A stretch of 64,000 nt of DNA from a bacterium (GCA_030605695.1 JAUWHX010000092.1:996-64995), one strand, 5' to 3'. Positions 51,784 through 61,217 are shown, numbered from the stretch's first letter. Notes: generated by a model from the sequence alone, not told the origin. A program made the numbers and translations.

Positions 51784-53277
51784 CTATTTTTGGAATCTTC
51801 TCTCAAAGTGAGACACTTTAATAACAGCAGGATATGGATAGCCAACTGCCTGCACTATTCCCAAACCAAGCGTTTTCTTGAGCGGTGGCCTTAATATCAT
51901 TGCTTTACAATCTTCAAGCAACGGTGCATTTTCTACCAAAACCTTCAAATCTGCTTTATTAAGATGAAAAGAGATGGTAGAGTAAATCTGTCCATAAACA
52001 CTTGCTGGGATGGATATAGGGCTCTGCGTTGAAAGCAGTAAAGTTACTCCAAACTTCCTGCATTGCATCACAAACTCTGCTATCTTCTCTCCTGTTGTCT
52101 TTATGAAATGCTTTGCCTCATCTATGATTACAAAATACCTCTGGGCTACTCTCTTATGGATTGCGTGTTTACCTGCTTGCTGGAGTCTATTCAAGAGTAG
52201 CTTCACAAACAATCCCTGGTAGTACTCTGTCATATTGAATGTATTAACAAGCACTGTCTTGCCTCGCTTGAGCTCCATAAGGATTTGAGATACAACAGGA
52301 GAAGCTTTTGAGTCAATATAGTTAGCCAGTATCCTCGCCTGCTTGCTTACTGCGTCAATTGTGGGCATAGGAGCTATACCAACGGTTTTGGTCTTCTTCC
52401 GAGTCTTTGGGTCTGTTATCTGCTTCCTGTGTAGCTTGTAAGGGTCAGTATTTATATCATACTTTGCAAGGATCTCTATATACTTCCTTGGTTCTCTTGC
52501 CTGCATATGTGCCCATAAATCCCTCATAGATGTTGACATATCAAATTGGTCAAATATATCGGAAAGTGAAAGTTCTTCCGGGGAAAGCTTAATTCTCTTG
52601 TCATATCCAAATAGCACAATTCTATCATCTCCTAAAGCTGAGAGTCCTCGGGTGCCGTTGTCATTGGGATTATCAACTCCTAAATCAGGATGTCCAAACA
52701 CAAGCATTGGCACAGGGTTTTCAAGCTCCAAGTTAGAGGCAATCAACTCTTTCAAAAAATTAGTCTTTCCCGTACCATTTTTGCCAAACACTGCTATATG
52801 CCTTGCAAGAGCAGAATCCATATCCAGTTTAAAAGGCACTTGAGTTGTTTTATAGCCACTTGCTATTTTTCCTATCTCTATGCCTTCTCTTTGGTTTGGA
52901 TAGAGCTTTGCAATTTCTCTCTCATAAGCTCTATAAACTGCCTCAAAATAGCCAATTCCACCTTCGTATTCTGTAAGTTCGCCATTATCGTAAACAGTTC
53001 CAAGTGGCTCTATCTCAAGTTTTTTATAAAGCATATCCCAGGTCTCTGGGGTTGGCTTTACCCGTTTCTTCAGACATCTCTTGGCAATATTTACAAGAGT
53101 GTTGTCTGTATGAAAGTCATGGCTATCTGAAATCCTGACAATCCTTCCAACAGTGCTTCCAATCTTCACAAAATTCATTAGCTGCACATTTCCAAGTTTC
53201 TCTGCTGTTTTATCAGTTCTGGCAAGAATGTTACCATTCTCTCCAGTGCCTATGGTTATTGCAATTGGGTCTTGCAT
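51784..53277 (-). CDS. HerA/FtsK-like (DUF87-type) ATPase
   Basis: N-terminal HAS-barrel-like segment (VKIGSTVGRIVRISD), Walker A VFGKNGTGKTNFL, Walker B YFVIIDEAKHF. Confidence 0.65.
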   Translation of the reverse strand: MQDPIAITIGTGENGNILARTDKTAEKLGNVQLMNFVKIGSTVGRIVRISDSHDFHTDNTLVNIAKRCLKKRVKPTPETWDMLYKKLEIEPLGTVYDNGELTEYEGGIGYFEAVYRAYEREIAKLYPNQREGIEIGKIASGYKTTQVPFKLDMDSALARHIAVFGKNGTGKTNFLKELIASNLELENPVPMLVFGHPDLGVDNPNDNGTRGLSALGDDRIVLFGYDKRIKLSPEELSLSDIFDQFDMSTSMRDLWAHMQAREPRKYIEILAKYDINTDPYKLHRKQITDPKTRKKTKTVGIAPMPTIDAVSKQARILANYIDSKASPVVSQILMELKRGKTVLVNTFNMTEYYQGLFVKLLLNRLQQAGKHAIHKRVAQRYFVIIDEAKHFIKTTGEKIAEFVMQCRKFGVTLLLSTQSPISIPASVYGQIYSTISFHLNKADLKVLVENAPLLEDCKAMILRPPLKKTLGLGIVQAVGYPYPAVIKVSHFERRFQK

Positions 53278-53290
53278 TTTCTACCTCCTT

Positions 53291-54235
53291 TTAGGTTTTT
53301 ACTTCTCTTACTTCAAGGCAGGAATACTCTGAAGTTCCAGTAGCTTCTTTCAATATATCCTTTGGTATCAAGTTTTTGTCTATTTTCTCTCTCTTCCGAT
53401 TTAAGCTACGGACTATGAACCTTCCTGCCCTGAGTGCTCCGGTATGATAAGCACTCAGGCTCCCTTCAAGAGACTCCTTTAGCAACTTCAACCTATCTTC
53501 AGCTTCCTTTTTCTCTTTAGATAATCTCTTGTATTCATCTGCTGTTTCAATTACAGCAGGGTCGTCTGTCTTCACGAGCTTATCACCAGTCCTGCCTTCT
53601 TTAACACCAGCCCAGCATATCTTCTGAAACTGGCAATACTGACAGTGCCAATCTGATTTGGGATATGGTCTGTCAGGAACCGTTCCTGCTTTTAGATGTG
53701 AATCAATCCTCTCAAACTTGGCAAGTAGCTCCTGAATAAGATTTTCATCTCTCTCAATAATAAACTCCTTCATCGCTGCTGTGTTCTTGTTCTTATAAAG
53801 AATCACACCTCTCGGTATGTTCCTGTAAAACATATAGAGGTTTATCTGCTGGATGTGGTCCTCAAGTGGATTGCTGTTCAATCTCTCAAACTGAAAGTGG
53901 TTGATAGACTTTATCTCAAGTAAAAGACGGTCTCCGTTGTTACAGACAATTCCATCAATATGTCCACTTAAATTCCAGTTAGGGTCATAGAGTTCTCTTT
54001 CTTCTTCAACAAGCTCAAATCCTGCCTTACGGATTCTGTCTCTTATATCCCTGTGATGCATATCACCATCATTGAATATCAGCATTCCTCTGCCAGAAAT
54101 TGGTTCTTTTTCTTCTCCTCTCCAGTCATACACTAAAGCTCTTTCACATTTGCCAATTTCTGACATTCTGTGATACTTCTTGATTGAGGACTGGTATTCA
54201 CTGGCAGCACTTTCTACAATTTTCTCTGCAATCAT
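53291..54235 (-). CDS. Cas4/RecB-like PD-(D/E)xK exonuclease with a 4-Cys cluster and a helical C-terminal extension
   Basis: GKCERAL (Cys1), GHIDGIV...LLEIKS (D...ExK), QQINLYM (QxxxY), CQYCQFQKIC (Cys2-4). Confidence 0.8.
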   Translation of the reverse strand: MIAEKIVESAASEYQSSIKKYHRMSEIGKCERALVYDWRGEEKEPISGRGMLIFNDGDMHHRDIRDRIRKAGFELVEEERELYDPNWNLSGHIDGIVCNNGDRLLLEIKSINHFQFERLNSNPLEDHIQQINLYMFYRNIPRGVILYKNKNTAAMKEFIIERDENLIQELLAKFERIDSHLKAGTVPDRPYPKSDWHCQYCQFQKICWAGVKEGRTGDKLVKTDDPAVIETADEYKRLSKEKKEAEDRLKLLKESLEGSLSAYHTGALRAGRFIVRSLNRKREKIDKNLIPKDILKEATGTSEYSCLEVREVKT

Positions 54236-54249
54236 CGTTACCTCCTGTT

Positions 54250-54287
54250 AAAATCAAAAGGGGCAAAGGATTAGAACCTCTGCCCCT
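54250..54287 (-). terminator. Rho-independent terminator
   Basis: AGGGGCA-loop-UGCCCCU followed by UUUGAUUUU on the minus strand. Confidence 0.65.
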
Positions 54288-54323
54288 CACTGCGAATCTG
54301 TGACTTATTCTTGTTGATGGGAA

Positions 54324-54821
54324 TTAGAACGGTAATTCCTCTGGTTGAAGTTCCTGTATAAAGTCACTTACTTCTCCACGAGATACTTTATCTACAATAT
54401 CAGAAGTGCCAAATCGCTCCTTGAGTTGCTGAACAATCTCATTTTTTTCAAGTCCCTTCTCGTATCCCATCGCAAATATCTTCTTAAGCTGTTTCTCAGT
54501 AGCAAATTTCTTCCCATTATCAGATGGAGTAGTTTCTGAATCTTTCTCCTTTTTCTTGCCAGATTGCTTGTTCTTGCCGGGTTCAGGTTTCGTCTCAGCG
54601 TTAGGATTCTGTGTCCCATTAGTTGCCCTATCCAGTTGATCAGAAATCTGTTCATCTAATAACTGAAATAGCTGGCTACTTACCTTTCCCATATCCTGTT
54701 GTGCAGTGATAACTCCTCCAATTGTCAAGTCAGCTCTACAGTTCTCATACTCGCCAGTCTTAATGGTTCTTCCGAAATGCACTTCAAGGCTATCAAGCCT
54801 AAATCCTTCTATCTTTGACAT
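54324..54821 (-). CDS. Hypothetical protein with a Lys-rich disordered centre
   Basis: 165-aa ORF with a GGAGG RBS. No motif recognised; its position is compatible with an ssDNA-binding or annealing role (speculative). Confidence 0.4.
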   Translation of the reverse strand: MSKIEGFRLDSLEVHFGRTIKTGEYENCRADLTIGGVITAQQDMGKVSSQLFQLLDEQISDQLDRATNGTQNPNAETKPEPGKNKQSGKKKEKDSETTPSDNGKKFATEKQLKKIFAMGYEKGLEKNEIVQQLKERFGTSDIVDKVSRGEVSDFIQELQPEELPF

Positions 54822-54866
54822 TTTAACTCACCTCCTTTCATTCAAAGACTCAATAAACTCCTCAAC

Positions 54867-55097
54867 TCAATAACTCAATGCACGGCATCTTGGTATTGCA
54901 TAAAACCTCTTGCTTGCTTCACGAAGTGTTGGCATTATCTCTCTAAGATAAGCTTGAGGCACACCAAATGCCTTGCAATACGCACTGATGAACTCAACAG
55001 CTTTCTTGAGTCCACCTGCTAAACCTACTATTTTTAAAGCCCTGCTTGTATCAAGTGATTCAAGGCTTTTCTCAAGAGCTTCGGCTGAATAAGTCAT
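54867..55097 (-). CDS. Hypothetical small protein
   Basis: 76-aa ORF with a GGAGG RBS. Confidence 0.4.
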   Translation of the reverse strand: MTYSAEALEKSLESLDTSRALKIVGLAGGLKKAVEFISAYCKAFGVPQAYLREIMPTLREASKRFYAIPRCRALSY

Positions 55098-55108
55098 CTC
55101 ATCCTCCT

Positions 55109-55161
55109 AATAAAAATAAAAAGGGGATACCTTATATCAAGTAAATCGGTTAGGTATCCCC
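55109..55161 (-). terminator. Rho-independent terminator
   Basis: GGGGAUACCU-loop-AGGUAUCCCC followed by UUUUUAUUUUUAUU on the minus strand. Confidence 0.75.
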
Positions 55162-55187
55162 TTAATCTACTATTCTTTCTCCTGTCT

Positions 55188-55637
55188 CTATGTCATCTGG
55201 GAAAGAATTTTCCTTACGTCATCTGACTGTCCTGCAAGCCATAACTCCTCGAGAAGTTCATCTTTTAGCTCCTGCAGACGCTGTTCCTCGTGTCCAAGGT
55301 CAATTTTAAACTCGGCTCGTGCTTTAACTTCTTCCTCAAGTTTCTTGCCCTGGAAATTACCGCGATTCCAGTCTTCCCAGGCAGAATAGCCATAAGAATA
55401 ACCCAGCTTAGCACTTATCTCTTCTTCCAATGCTTTAGCCTTTTCCATTAGCTTCACAAGTTCTGTCACCAGTTTATCCAATCCCCATTCTGAAATCACC
55501 TTCTTTTCCAGCTTCTCAATGAGTTCACGGTGCTCCTTCTTGACCTTAGCCACTGCCCTGTCATACTTGGAGAGAAGTATTTTCTCTGCCTTTTCCCTTA
55601 GCTTGACGGTCACACCATTGCCATTGTTGTTACACAT
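55188..55637 (-). CDS. Hypothetical coiled-coil protein
   Basis: Start set to ATG 55637 after GGAGG. E/K-rich and helical. Confidence 0.45.
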   Translation of the reverse strand: MCNNNGNGVTVKLREKAEKILLSKYDRAVAKVKKEHRELIEKLEKKVISEWGLDKLVTELVKLMEKAKALEEEISAKLGYSYGYSAWEDWNRGNFQGKKLEEEVKARAEFKIDLGHEEQRLQELKDELLEELWLAGQSDDVRKILSQMT

Positions 55638-55919
55638 GCTTATCACCTCCTTTCATTGTGCTTTAAGGCAAAAATTGTTGTTGTTCTTGGTAAAAATTGT
55701 GGTTTTTAAGAAGAATTATGAGAATAGAATTCAGACTATCAAAAAACTGGTGTTTCAGTCCCTGACATTCAATCCAGAGAGGCTCACGATAGCGATTTCA
55801 GGGTTTTAGGGACTCATCCCCAGAGGTAATCGCTGACCTCAGGGGAGAGTTCTTGGGTTGTCTTTTACAGACATGGGTTTTGTGAATATGAAATTTTAGC
55901 ATGAAAAAAGAGGAAGAGA

Positions 55920-56102
55920 TTATTCATCGTTCTCTTCCTCTGGTTGGAGGTATGAAGGTATTTGATATATTTTGCAGGTAGCATAACGCTCATCCTTCTG
56001 GTTTTCAATAATATGGGAGAGCTTTAGATTTATCTCTCTCACGAGGTCTTCAAGCTTAAGCACTGCTTTCTTACACCGCTTATCAAAGTTATTTTTAACC
56101 AT
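55920..56102 (-). CDS. Hypothetical small protein
   Basis: 60-aa ORF, the first leftward gene of the module. No clear RBS. Confidence 0.3.
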   Translation of the reverse strand: MVKNNFDKRCKKAVLKLEDLVREINLKLSHIIENQKDERYATCKIYQIPSYLQPEEENDE

Positions 56103-56211
56103 TTCAGAATAGTAAAAACATAGGTAGTATTTATACTTTTCTATACTCCAGTATCTAAATGGAAAATCCTACTGCAAAATCAAAAAAAGATCAAAAAAAT
56201 TCAAAATCTTC

Positions 56212-56240
56212 TTGACAGAATATGAATTTTGAGATATTAT
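56212..56240 (+). promoter_or_regulatory. Sigma70-type promoter for the giant secreted-protein gene
   Basis: TTGACA (56212-56217), 17-nt spacer, TATTAT (56235-56240). Confidence 0.6.
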
Positions 56241-56288
56241 ATCTATAGTTCTTTGATACTCTATTTTGCAATTCACTTGCTTAGTAAA

Positions 56289-56360
56289 ACCATACTATAC
56301 CCAAGTGCAATTGCCCCGATAACTCGGGGTGCTCTGTTGCTCTTAAGTGTATAGTATGGT
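56289..56360 (+). other. Structured element in the roughly 270-nt 5' leader
   Basis: ACCATACTATAC (56289-56300) pairs perfectly with GTATAGTATGGT (56349-56360). It encloses the hairpin CCCCGA-TAAC-TCGGGG (56314-56329). Confidence 0.45.
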
Positions 56361-56517
56361 AGTCATGGAATTTTAATTCTGTGGCTGAGCAATGGCAGTG
56401 CCCCTTTTGTTTAGGTGGGGATACAAAGCTTGAAAAATATTTTAGAAAATTATGAGATGTGAGAGAAAGTGTCAAAAATGGAGTAGAGTCAAGCCAAGAA
56501 TGGCTTGGAAGGAGGGT

Positions 56518-59500
56518 ATGATGGTTAGAAAAATTGCTTTTGGTATTGTTGGGTGTGTTGTTTTTTCTTCGTTACAGGCTACAGTTATAAGGGTGCCCGC
56601 AGATTCACTTACGATTCAGGGAGGACTGAATGGTGCAGGTAGTGGAGATACGGTGTTGGTATCACCGGGAACTCACTATGAGAACATTAGTTGTCCTGCG
56701 ACTACTGGTATAGTTCTATTATCAGATTCAGGTGCGGCGGTTACTATCATTGACGGTTCGTTTAATGATAGGGTAATAGCCAATGTAAGCGCAAGTTCTG
56801 TAATAGACGGTTTTACCATAAGAAATGGGCTAACTTCAGGAGATGGTAGTGGAATCTATTCTACCTCAAATTCTGTGAAGATTGTTAATTGTAAGATATT
56901 GAGCAATCAGGCTAATAATGGTGGAGGAATATATATTAGTGGCGATAGCTCTATTGTGGAGAATTGTGGAATTCTTTCAAATACTGCCACTGCAAATGGT
57001 GGAGGGGTTTGTTTGGATGGCACTGGGTCTACTATGAACAACTGCAAAATTGAGTCAAATACTGCATCTACAGATGGTGGAGGCGCTTATATTACAGGCT
57101 TAACTCTGCCTTTAAGCGGAAATTATATTTCTGGTAATATGGCTTCCAATAATGGTGGCGGTATTTATGTAAGTACACGATATTGTGTTTTCTCCAATGA
57201 TACCTTCATTAACAACTCTGCGATGAAAGGCGGTGGGATTTATGTTGCTCCATCAAACAAACAGGATAGTTTAGTAATAGACAGTGCTGTAGTGACAAAT
57301 AATATGGCTACATCTTCCGGTGGAGGGATATATATATCTTATACAAAGGCTTCCGGTTCCACTAATTTTAGATGCAGGATTGAGAATAATGAGATTTCTG
57401 GAAATACAGTCTCATCGGGTTCGGGGGGGGGAATTTTCATTTATGATTATCTGTCCATAAGTTTGGGCAGTGTATGGAATCCTCCAAAGGTAGTTGCTCA
57501 ATTCGATATCCATAATAACATAATATCGAATAATTCTGCTTCGTACGATGGAGGAGGAGTACATTTTTATTCATATATTTCCAGTGCAGGCGACCGCATA
57601 GGCACTGCTATTGGGATGTGTAGACTAAATATGGATTCCAATAATTTTTCTTACAACAATAGCCAGAATGATGGCGGTGGTATGTTTATACATAATTGGG
57701 CACGTGCAACGAATAACAGTGGTTCTCATAAATCTGTAGCCTCTGTGGAGTTGGTAGAAAACACAGTTCAAAATTGTTTTGCTAACAACAAAGGAGGAGG
57801 GTGTTATATATATGAATTTTTCCCAAGTTCATCGGGAAATGATACAGGTGCAATAATTTTGACCAACAATAGCGTAAAAGACTGCAGAGCTGATTCCAAT
57901 GCAGGATTATATGTCGAGTTATATTCAACAAGTGGTTATGTCCCTGCAACTATTTCAGCGTCTGTTAATACTCTGCAAAATAACACAGCCACTTCTTCTA
58001 ATGGTGGAGGTTACCTTTACTCTAGTGGCTATAAGTCAACCATAAATTTTACAACAAATACTATCGCAGGGAATGATGGAGGTGGAATTCAGATGAAATT
58101 TAATAGGGGAAAAGTAACTGCAAGTGGAAATACAGTGAGTAACAACGATGGGGATTATGGAGGTTTATATATAGAAGTTGATACCCTTACATTCACTAAC
58201 AATGTAGTAGAAAAGAATACTGCAACTACTAATGGTGGAGGTCTTCATCTCAATGTAAATGACAAGCTCTTTTTTACCAATAATCTTATAACCGGAAACT
58301 CAGCAAATTCAAATGGTGCTGGGATATTTGTTCAGAATGGCCCCGGGCAAATACAACGTAATACTTTTGTAACCAACATAGGTGCCGGTGTATATTTGAA
58401 TTCTTCTGCAAGTCCCACTATTAGTGCCAATGCTTTTGTTGATAATGATGGAACAGTTAAAGATTCAAGTGATGGAGGAGAGATTACTAACAATAACCTC
58501 TATTATAACACCTATCAGCCTGGAGACTATGAATTGTACTATTACCACACTTCCCCACTGAATGCTATCCAGAATTACTGGCTGGATACTGACACTGGAA
58601 CAATTGCTGGAAATATTTATGGAGCAGACTATGTGACCATTTCTCCGTTCAGAGGTGCACCAAATCTTGCTGCTCCTTATGAGCCATCGGTTGTTGATTC
58701 TGTAACCATATTTTATGATTCTGCTTATACTATCCCTTTCACAGACTCTGCTTCTCTTGGCGATACCCTCTATCTTCAATTGACAGGAAATAGCAACTCC
58801 TCAACAAACAGAGATTACGCAGTTGTGATGTTAAAAACATCAACAGATACTATAACAGTTGCATTGCCCGAAACAGATGTTAACTCTGGAATCTACAGGT
58901 GGTGGGCAACTATTGAGGATTCTTCAAATGACCTCCATAATCGCATACGTGCTGGACTTATAATTACTGCAACAGCGAGAGTAGATTCTACAAAGAGTGA
59001 TAGTGTAATATTCAAAGACACGGATCCACCTTCTGTACCTGTGTTGGTATCACCTGTAGATGGAGCATATATATCGGATTCAATTCCTACCTTTGTCTGG
59101 CATACTTCTATAGATGTCCACAGTATTATTGACTACTATATCCTTGAGTATGCAGATAACCCATCTTTTGCATCCATGGAAAGCCTGAATGTTATTGATA
59201 CTACCTATACTCCTTTTTCTGGGCTTTTGGATACCACTTATTACTGGAAGGTAAAGGCAGTAGATATTGCCAATAATAAGAGCGATTTCTCCGAAATATG
59301 GGATTTTGAGATTGATACTTATACACCAGATGCTCCAACTCTTCTATCTCCTTCAGATAATAGTTGGTTCAATGATACGACAATTGTTTTTGAGTGGAGT
59401 GCTGTCACAAAAGGTAGTAAAACATTTGGAAAGGAAAGTTTTAATCTCGGAGCAAAATCAGCACCTATAAGATATATTCTTCAGATAGATACCACAGATA

Positions 59501-61062
59501 GCTTTACAAGTTTAATAATTGCTGATACGACTCAACTTACCAAGGATACTGTCCGTCTTGGTGAAGGTAGATACTACTGGCGAGTTGAAACTTATGACCT
59601 ATCAGGAAATAATAGTTTTTCAGAGTCTTGGCATTTTGGGATAGATATGGAATCACCAGGTCTCTCCGGAACTACAATCTGGAAAGATACTCTCTATACT
59701 GCGAGTCCAATTCCTGTTACATCAACGATTACAGATGGTTTTGCAGTAGTCTCGCCTACTCTTTATTATAGAACGAATTTGGATACCAATTGGGTAGGTA
59801 TAGCTATGAGTAAGCAGTGGATATCTGGGAAGTATAAAGCAGAGATTCCGTCACAGACATCTGATACAAGAGTTGAATACTATTTAGAAGCGCAGGATTC
59901 TATTCTAAATATTGGCAGAGACCCTCAAAATGCCCCAGACAGTGTATATTCGTTTGTAGTAAGACATGGTAGTGGAGTAGATTTGATTGTTGATGGAACA
60001 ACAGAAACTTCGTGGGGAGAATGTACTTTTCGTTATGTAGGAATTATCAACGGTGGCGTTTTGAATGTTCTATCTTATAACGGCTCGTCTTTTGCAGGCA
60101 AGTTGACCATTTATGCAGATAGCATTTTTGTATCCAGTGGCTCACAATTAAAGGCTAATAGAGCTGGATATAGAGGAGGAAAAGGAGGGTCGCATGGCTT
60201 TGGAACTTGGGGTGAAGGACCTGGCGGTGGGGGATGTGGAAAATGGGATGATAAGTGGCATGAGGGGATTTCTGCTGGTGGAGGTGGTGGATACGGCGGT
60301 AAAGGTAAAGACGGTGGCGGAGGTTATTTTGGAGTGCCAGGAGGTTCTTCATATGGTGATGCTCAAAGCTTGGCTATACAGAGAGGCTCAGGGGGAGGAG
60401 AAGGTATAAGTTGGACAAATGATACTTGCATTGGTTATTCTGATGGAGGAAATGGAGGTGGAGCAATTAATTTAAATGCATCAAAAATCACCATTGAGGG
60501 ACAGATTGCAGCTAATGCAGGAGCAGGAGGAGGTAGCAACGGAGGTGGTGGCAGCGGAGGTGGAGTTCTCCTGCGAGGAATAAGTCTATTGTCAATCCAT
60601 GGAAGTATTGCAGCTAATGGAAGAAGTGGATACGGCGGTGGATACGGCGACGGAGGTGGGGGAAGGATAAAGATATTTGGTACATCTATTGACACGACTG
60701 GCTCCACAATTACAGCAAGCCCCAATGGAACTGTGTATATAAAAGAAGACACAGTAGGAGTGGAGACAGAAACTCCTTTACCCAAAGTCTTTGGTCTATC
60801 ACAGAATTATCCAAATCCAGCGACGAAAACAGTTACTATCTCCTATCAATTGCCTCAACCTACAGAGGTTTCTCTTAAAATGTATGATGTAGCTGGGAAG
60901 CTTGTGACAATAGTTGTTGATGAAAAACAAAATCCTGGATATTATAATGTGGTTTGGAACGGAAGGGATGCAACTGGCAAGAAAGTGGCATCTGGAATTT
61001 ACTTCTATCGTTTACAGACACCGAGTTATACCAAAGCGAAGAAACTTATTTTAGTGGAATAA
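56518..61062 (+). CDS. Giant secreted beta-helix (Pmp-like GGxI/FxxN repeat) protein with a T9SS-type C-terminal sorting domain
   Basis: Start after GGAGG (MMVRKIAFGIVGCVVFSSLQA signal). More than 15 NxGGG(I/V)Y(I/V) repeats, FN3/Ig-like segments (YYWKVKAVD, YYWRVETYD), a Gly-rich tract, and a C-terminus NYPNPATKTVTISYQL...SGIYFYRLQT. Confidence 0.8.
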   Translation: MMVRKIAFGIVGCVVFSSLQATVIRVPADSLTIQGGLNGAGSGDTVLVSPGTHYENISCPATTGIVLLSDSGAAVTIIDGSFNDRVIANVSASSVIDGFTIRNGLTSGDGSGIYSTSNSVKIVNCKILSNQANNGGGIYISGDSSIVENCGILSNTATANGGGVCLDGTGSTMNNCKIESNTASTDGGGAYITGLTLPLSGNYISGNMASNNGGGIYVSTRYCVFSNDTFINNSAMKGGGIYVAPSNKQDSLVIDSAVVTNNMATSSGGGIYISYTKASGSTNFRCRIENNEISGNTVSSGSGGGIFIYDYLSISLGSVWNPPKVVAQFDIHNNIISNNSASYDGGGVHFYSYISSAGDRIGTAIGMCRLNMDSNNFSYNNSQNDGGGMFIHNWARATNNSGSHKSVASVELVENTVQNCFANNKGGGCYIYEFFPSSSGNDTGAIILTNNSVKDCRADSNAGLYVELYSTSGYVPATISASVNTLQNNTATSSNGGGYLYSSGYKSTINFTTNTIAGNDGGGIQMKFNRGKVTASGNTVSNNDGDYGGLYIEVDTLTFTNNVVEKNTATTNGGGLHLNVNDKLFFTNNLITGNSANSNGAGIFVQNGPGQIQRNTFVTNIGAGVYLNSSASPTISANAFVDNDGTVKDSSDGGEITNNNLYYNTYQPGDYELYYYHTSPLNAIQNYWLDTDTGTIAGNIYGADYVTISPFRGAPNLAAPYEPSVVDSVTIFYDSAYTIPFTDSASLGDTLYLQLTGNSNSSTNRDYAVVMLKTSTDTITVALPETDVNSGIYRWWATIEDSSNDLHNRIRAGLIITATARVDSTKSDSVIFKDTDPPSVPVLVSPVDGAYISDSIPTFVWHTSIDVHSIIDYYILEYADNPSFASMESLNVIDTTYTPFSGLLDTTYYWKVKAVDIANNKSDFSEIWDFEIDTYTPDAPTLLSPSDNSWFNDTTIVFEWSAVTKGSKTFGKESFNLGAKSAPIRYILQIDTTDSFTSLIIADTTQLTKDTVRLGEGRYYWRVETYDLSGNNSFSESWHFGIDMESPGLSGTTIWKDTLYTASPIPVTSTITDGFAVVSPTLYYRTNLDTNWVGIAMSKQWISGKYKAEIPSQTSDTRVEYYLEAQDSILNIGRDPQNAPDSVYSFVVRHGSGVDLIVDGTTETSWGECTFRYVGIINGGVLNVLSYNGSSFAGKLTIYADSIFVSSGSQLKANRAGYRGGKGGSHGFGTWGEGPGGGGCGKWDDKWHEGISAGGGGGYGGKGKDGGGGYFGVPGGSSYGDAQSLAIQRGSGGGEGISWTNDTCIGYSDGGNGGGAINLNASKITIEGQIAANAGAGGGSNGGGGSGGGVLLRGISLLSIHGSIAANGRSGYGGGYGDGGGGRIKIFGTSIDTTGSTITASPNGTVYIKEDTVGVETETPLPKVFGLSQNYPNPATKTVTISYQLPQPTEVSLKMYDVAGKLVTIVVDEKQNPGYYNVVWNGRDATGKKVASGIYFYRLQTPSYTKAKKLILVE

Positions 61063-61217
61063 GCAAAAGGGAAGGTGTTTAGTAGTCACAGGATAAACAG
61101 AGAAGCTAACTCTGAAATGTTTTTCTCCATGCTCTCTCTATAGCTCCATAATGTTAAAAAGCTTGCTTTTGTTAGTTTAATAGTTACGAAAAAAGCTTAA
61201 AAATTAAGGAGGTTGGT

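Larger units (their letters stand above)
40668..56102 (-). mobile_element. Phage/plasmid-like early (replication/recombination) module; no capsid, tail, terminase or integrase genes
   Basis: About 35 tightly packed leftward ORFs, most with GGAGG RBSs, ATGA overlaps and five hairpin+U-tract terminators. They encode DnaN, RadC, VWA, AAA+, HerA-like, Cas4-like and macro-domain proteins. Confidence 0.6.

Noticed and set aside
40143-56162. AGTATC(C/T)AAATG near both ends of the 40-56 kb module, as possible att repeats
   Set aside because: It is only a 12-mer with one mismatch, and it is not positioned at clear coding boundaries. This is consistent with chance.
55650-56450. Search for the missing 3' half of tRNA-Ser (T-arm GGTTCRAATCC plus ACCCTCC) at the far end of the accessory region
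   Set aside because: No T-arm or acceptor match was found on either strand. ATTCAATCC at about 55748 has no flanking stem.
60435-60785. 116-aa Pro-rich minus-strand ORF
   Set aside because: It is the mirror image of the Gly-rich (GGN) block of the giant protein.
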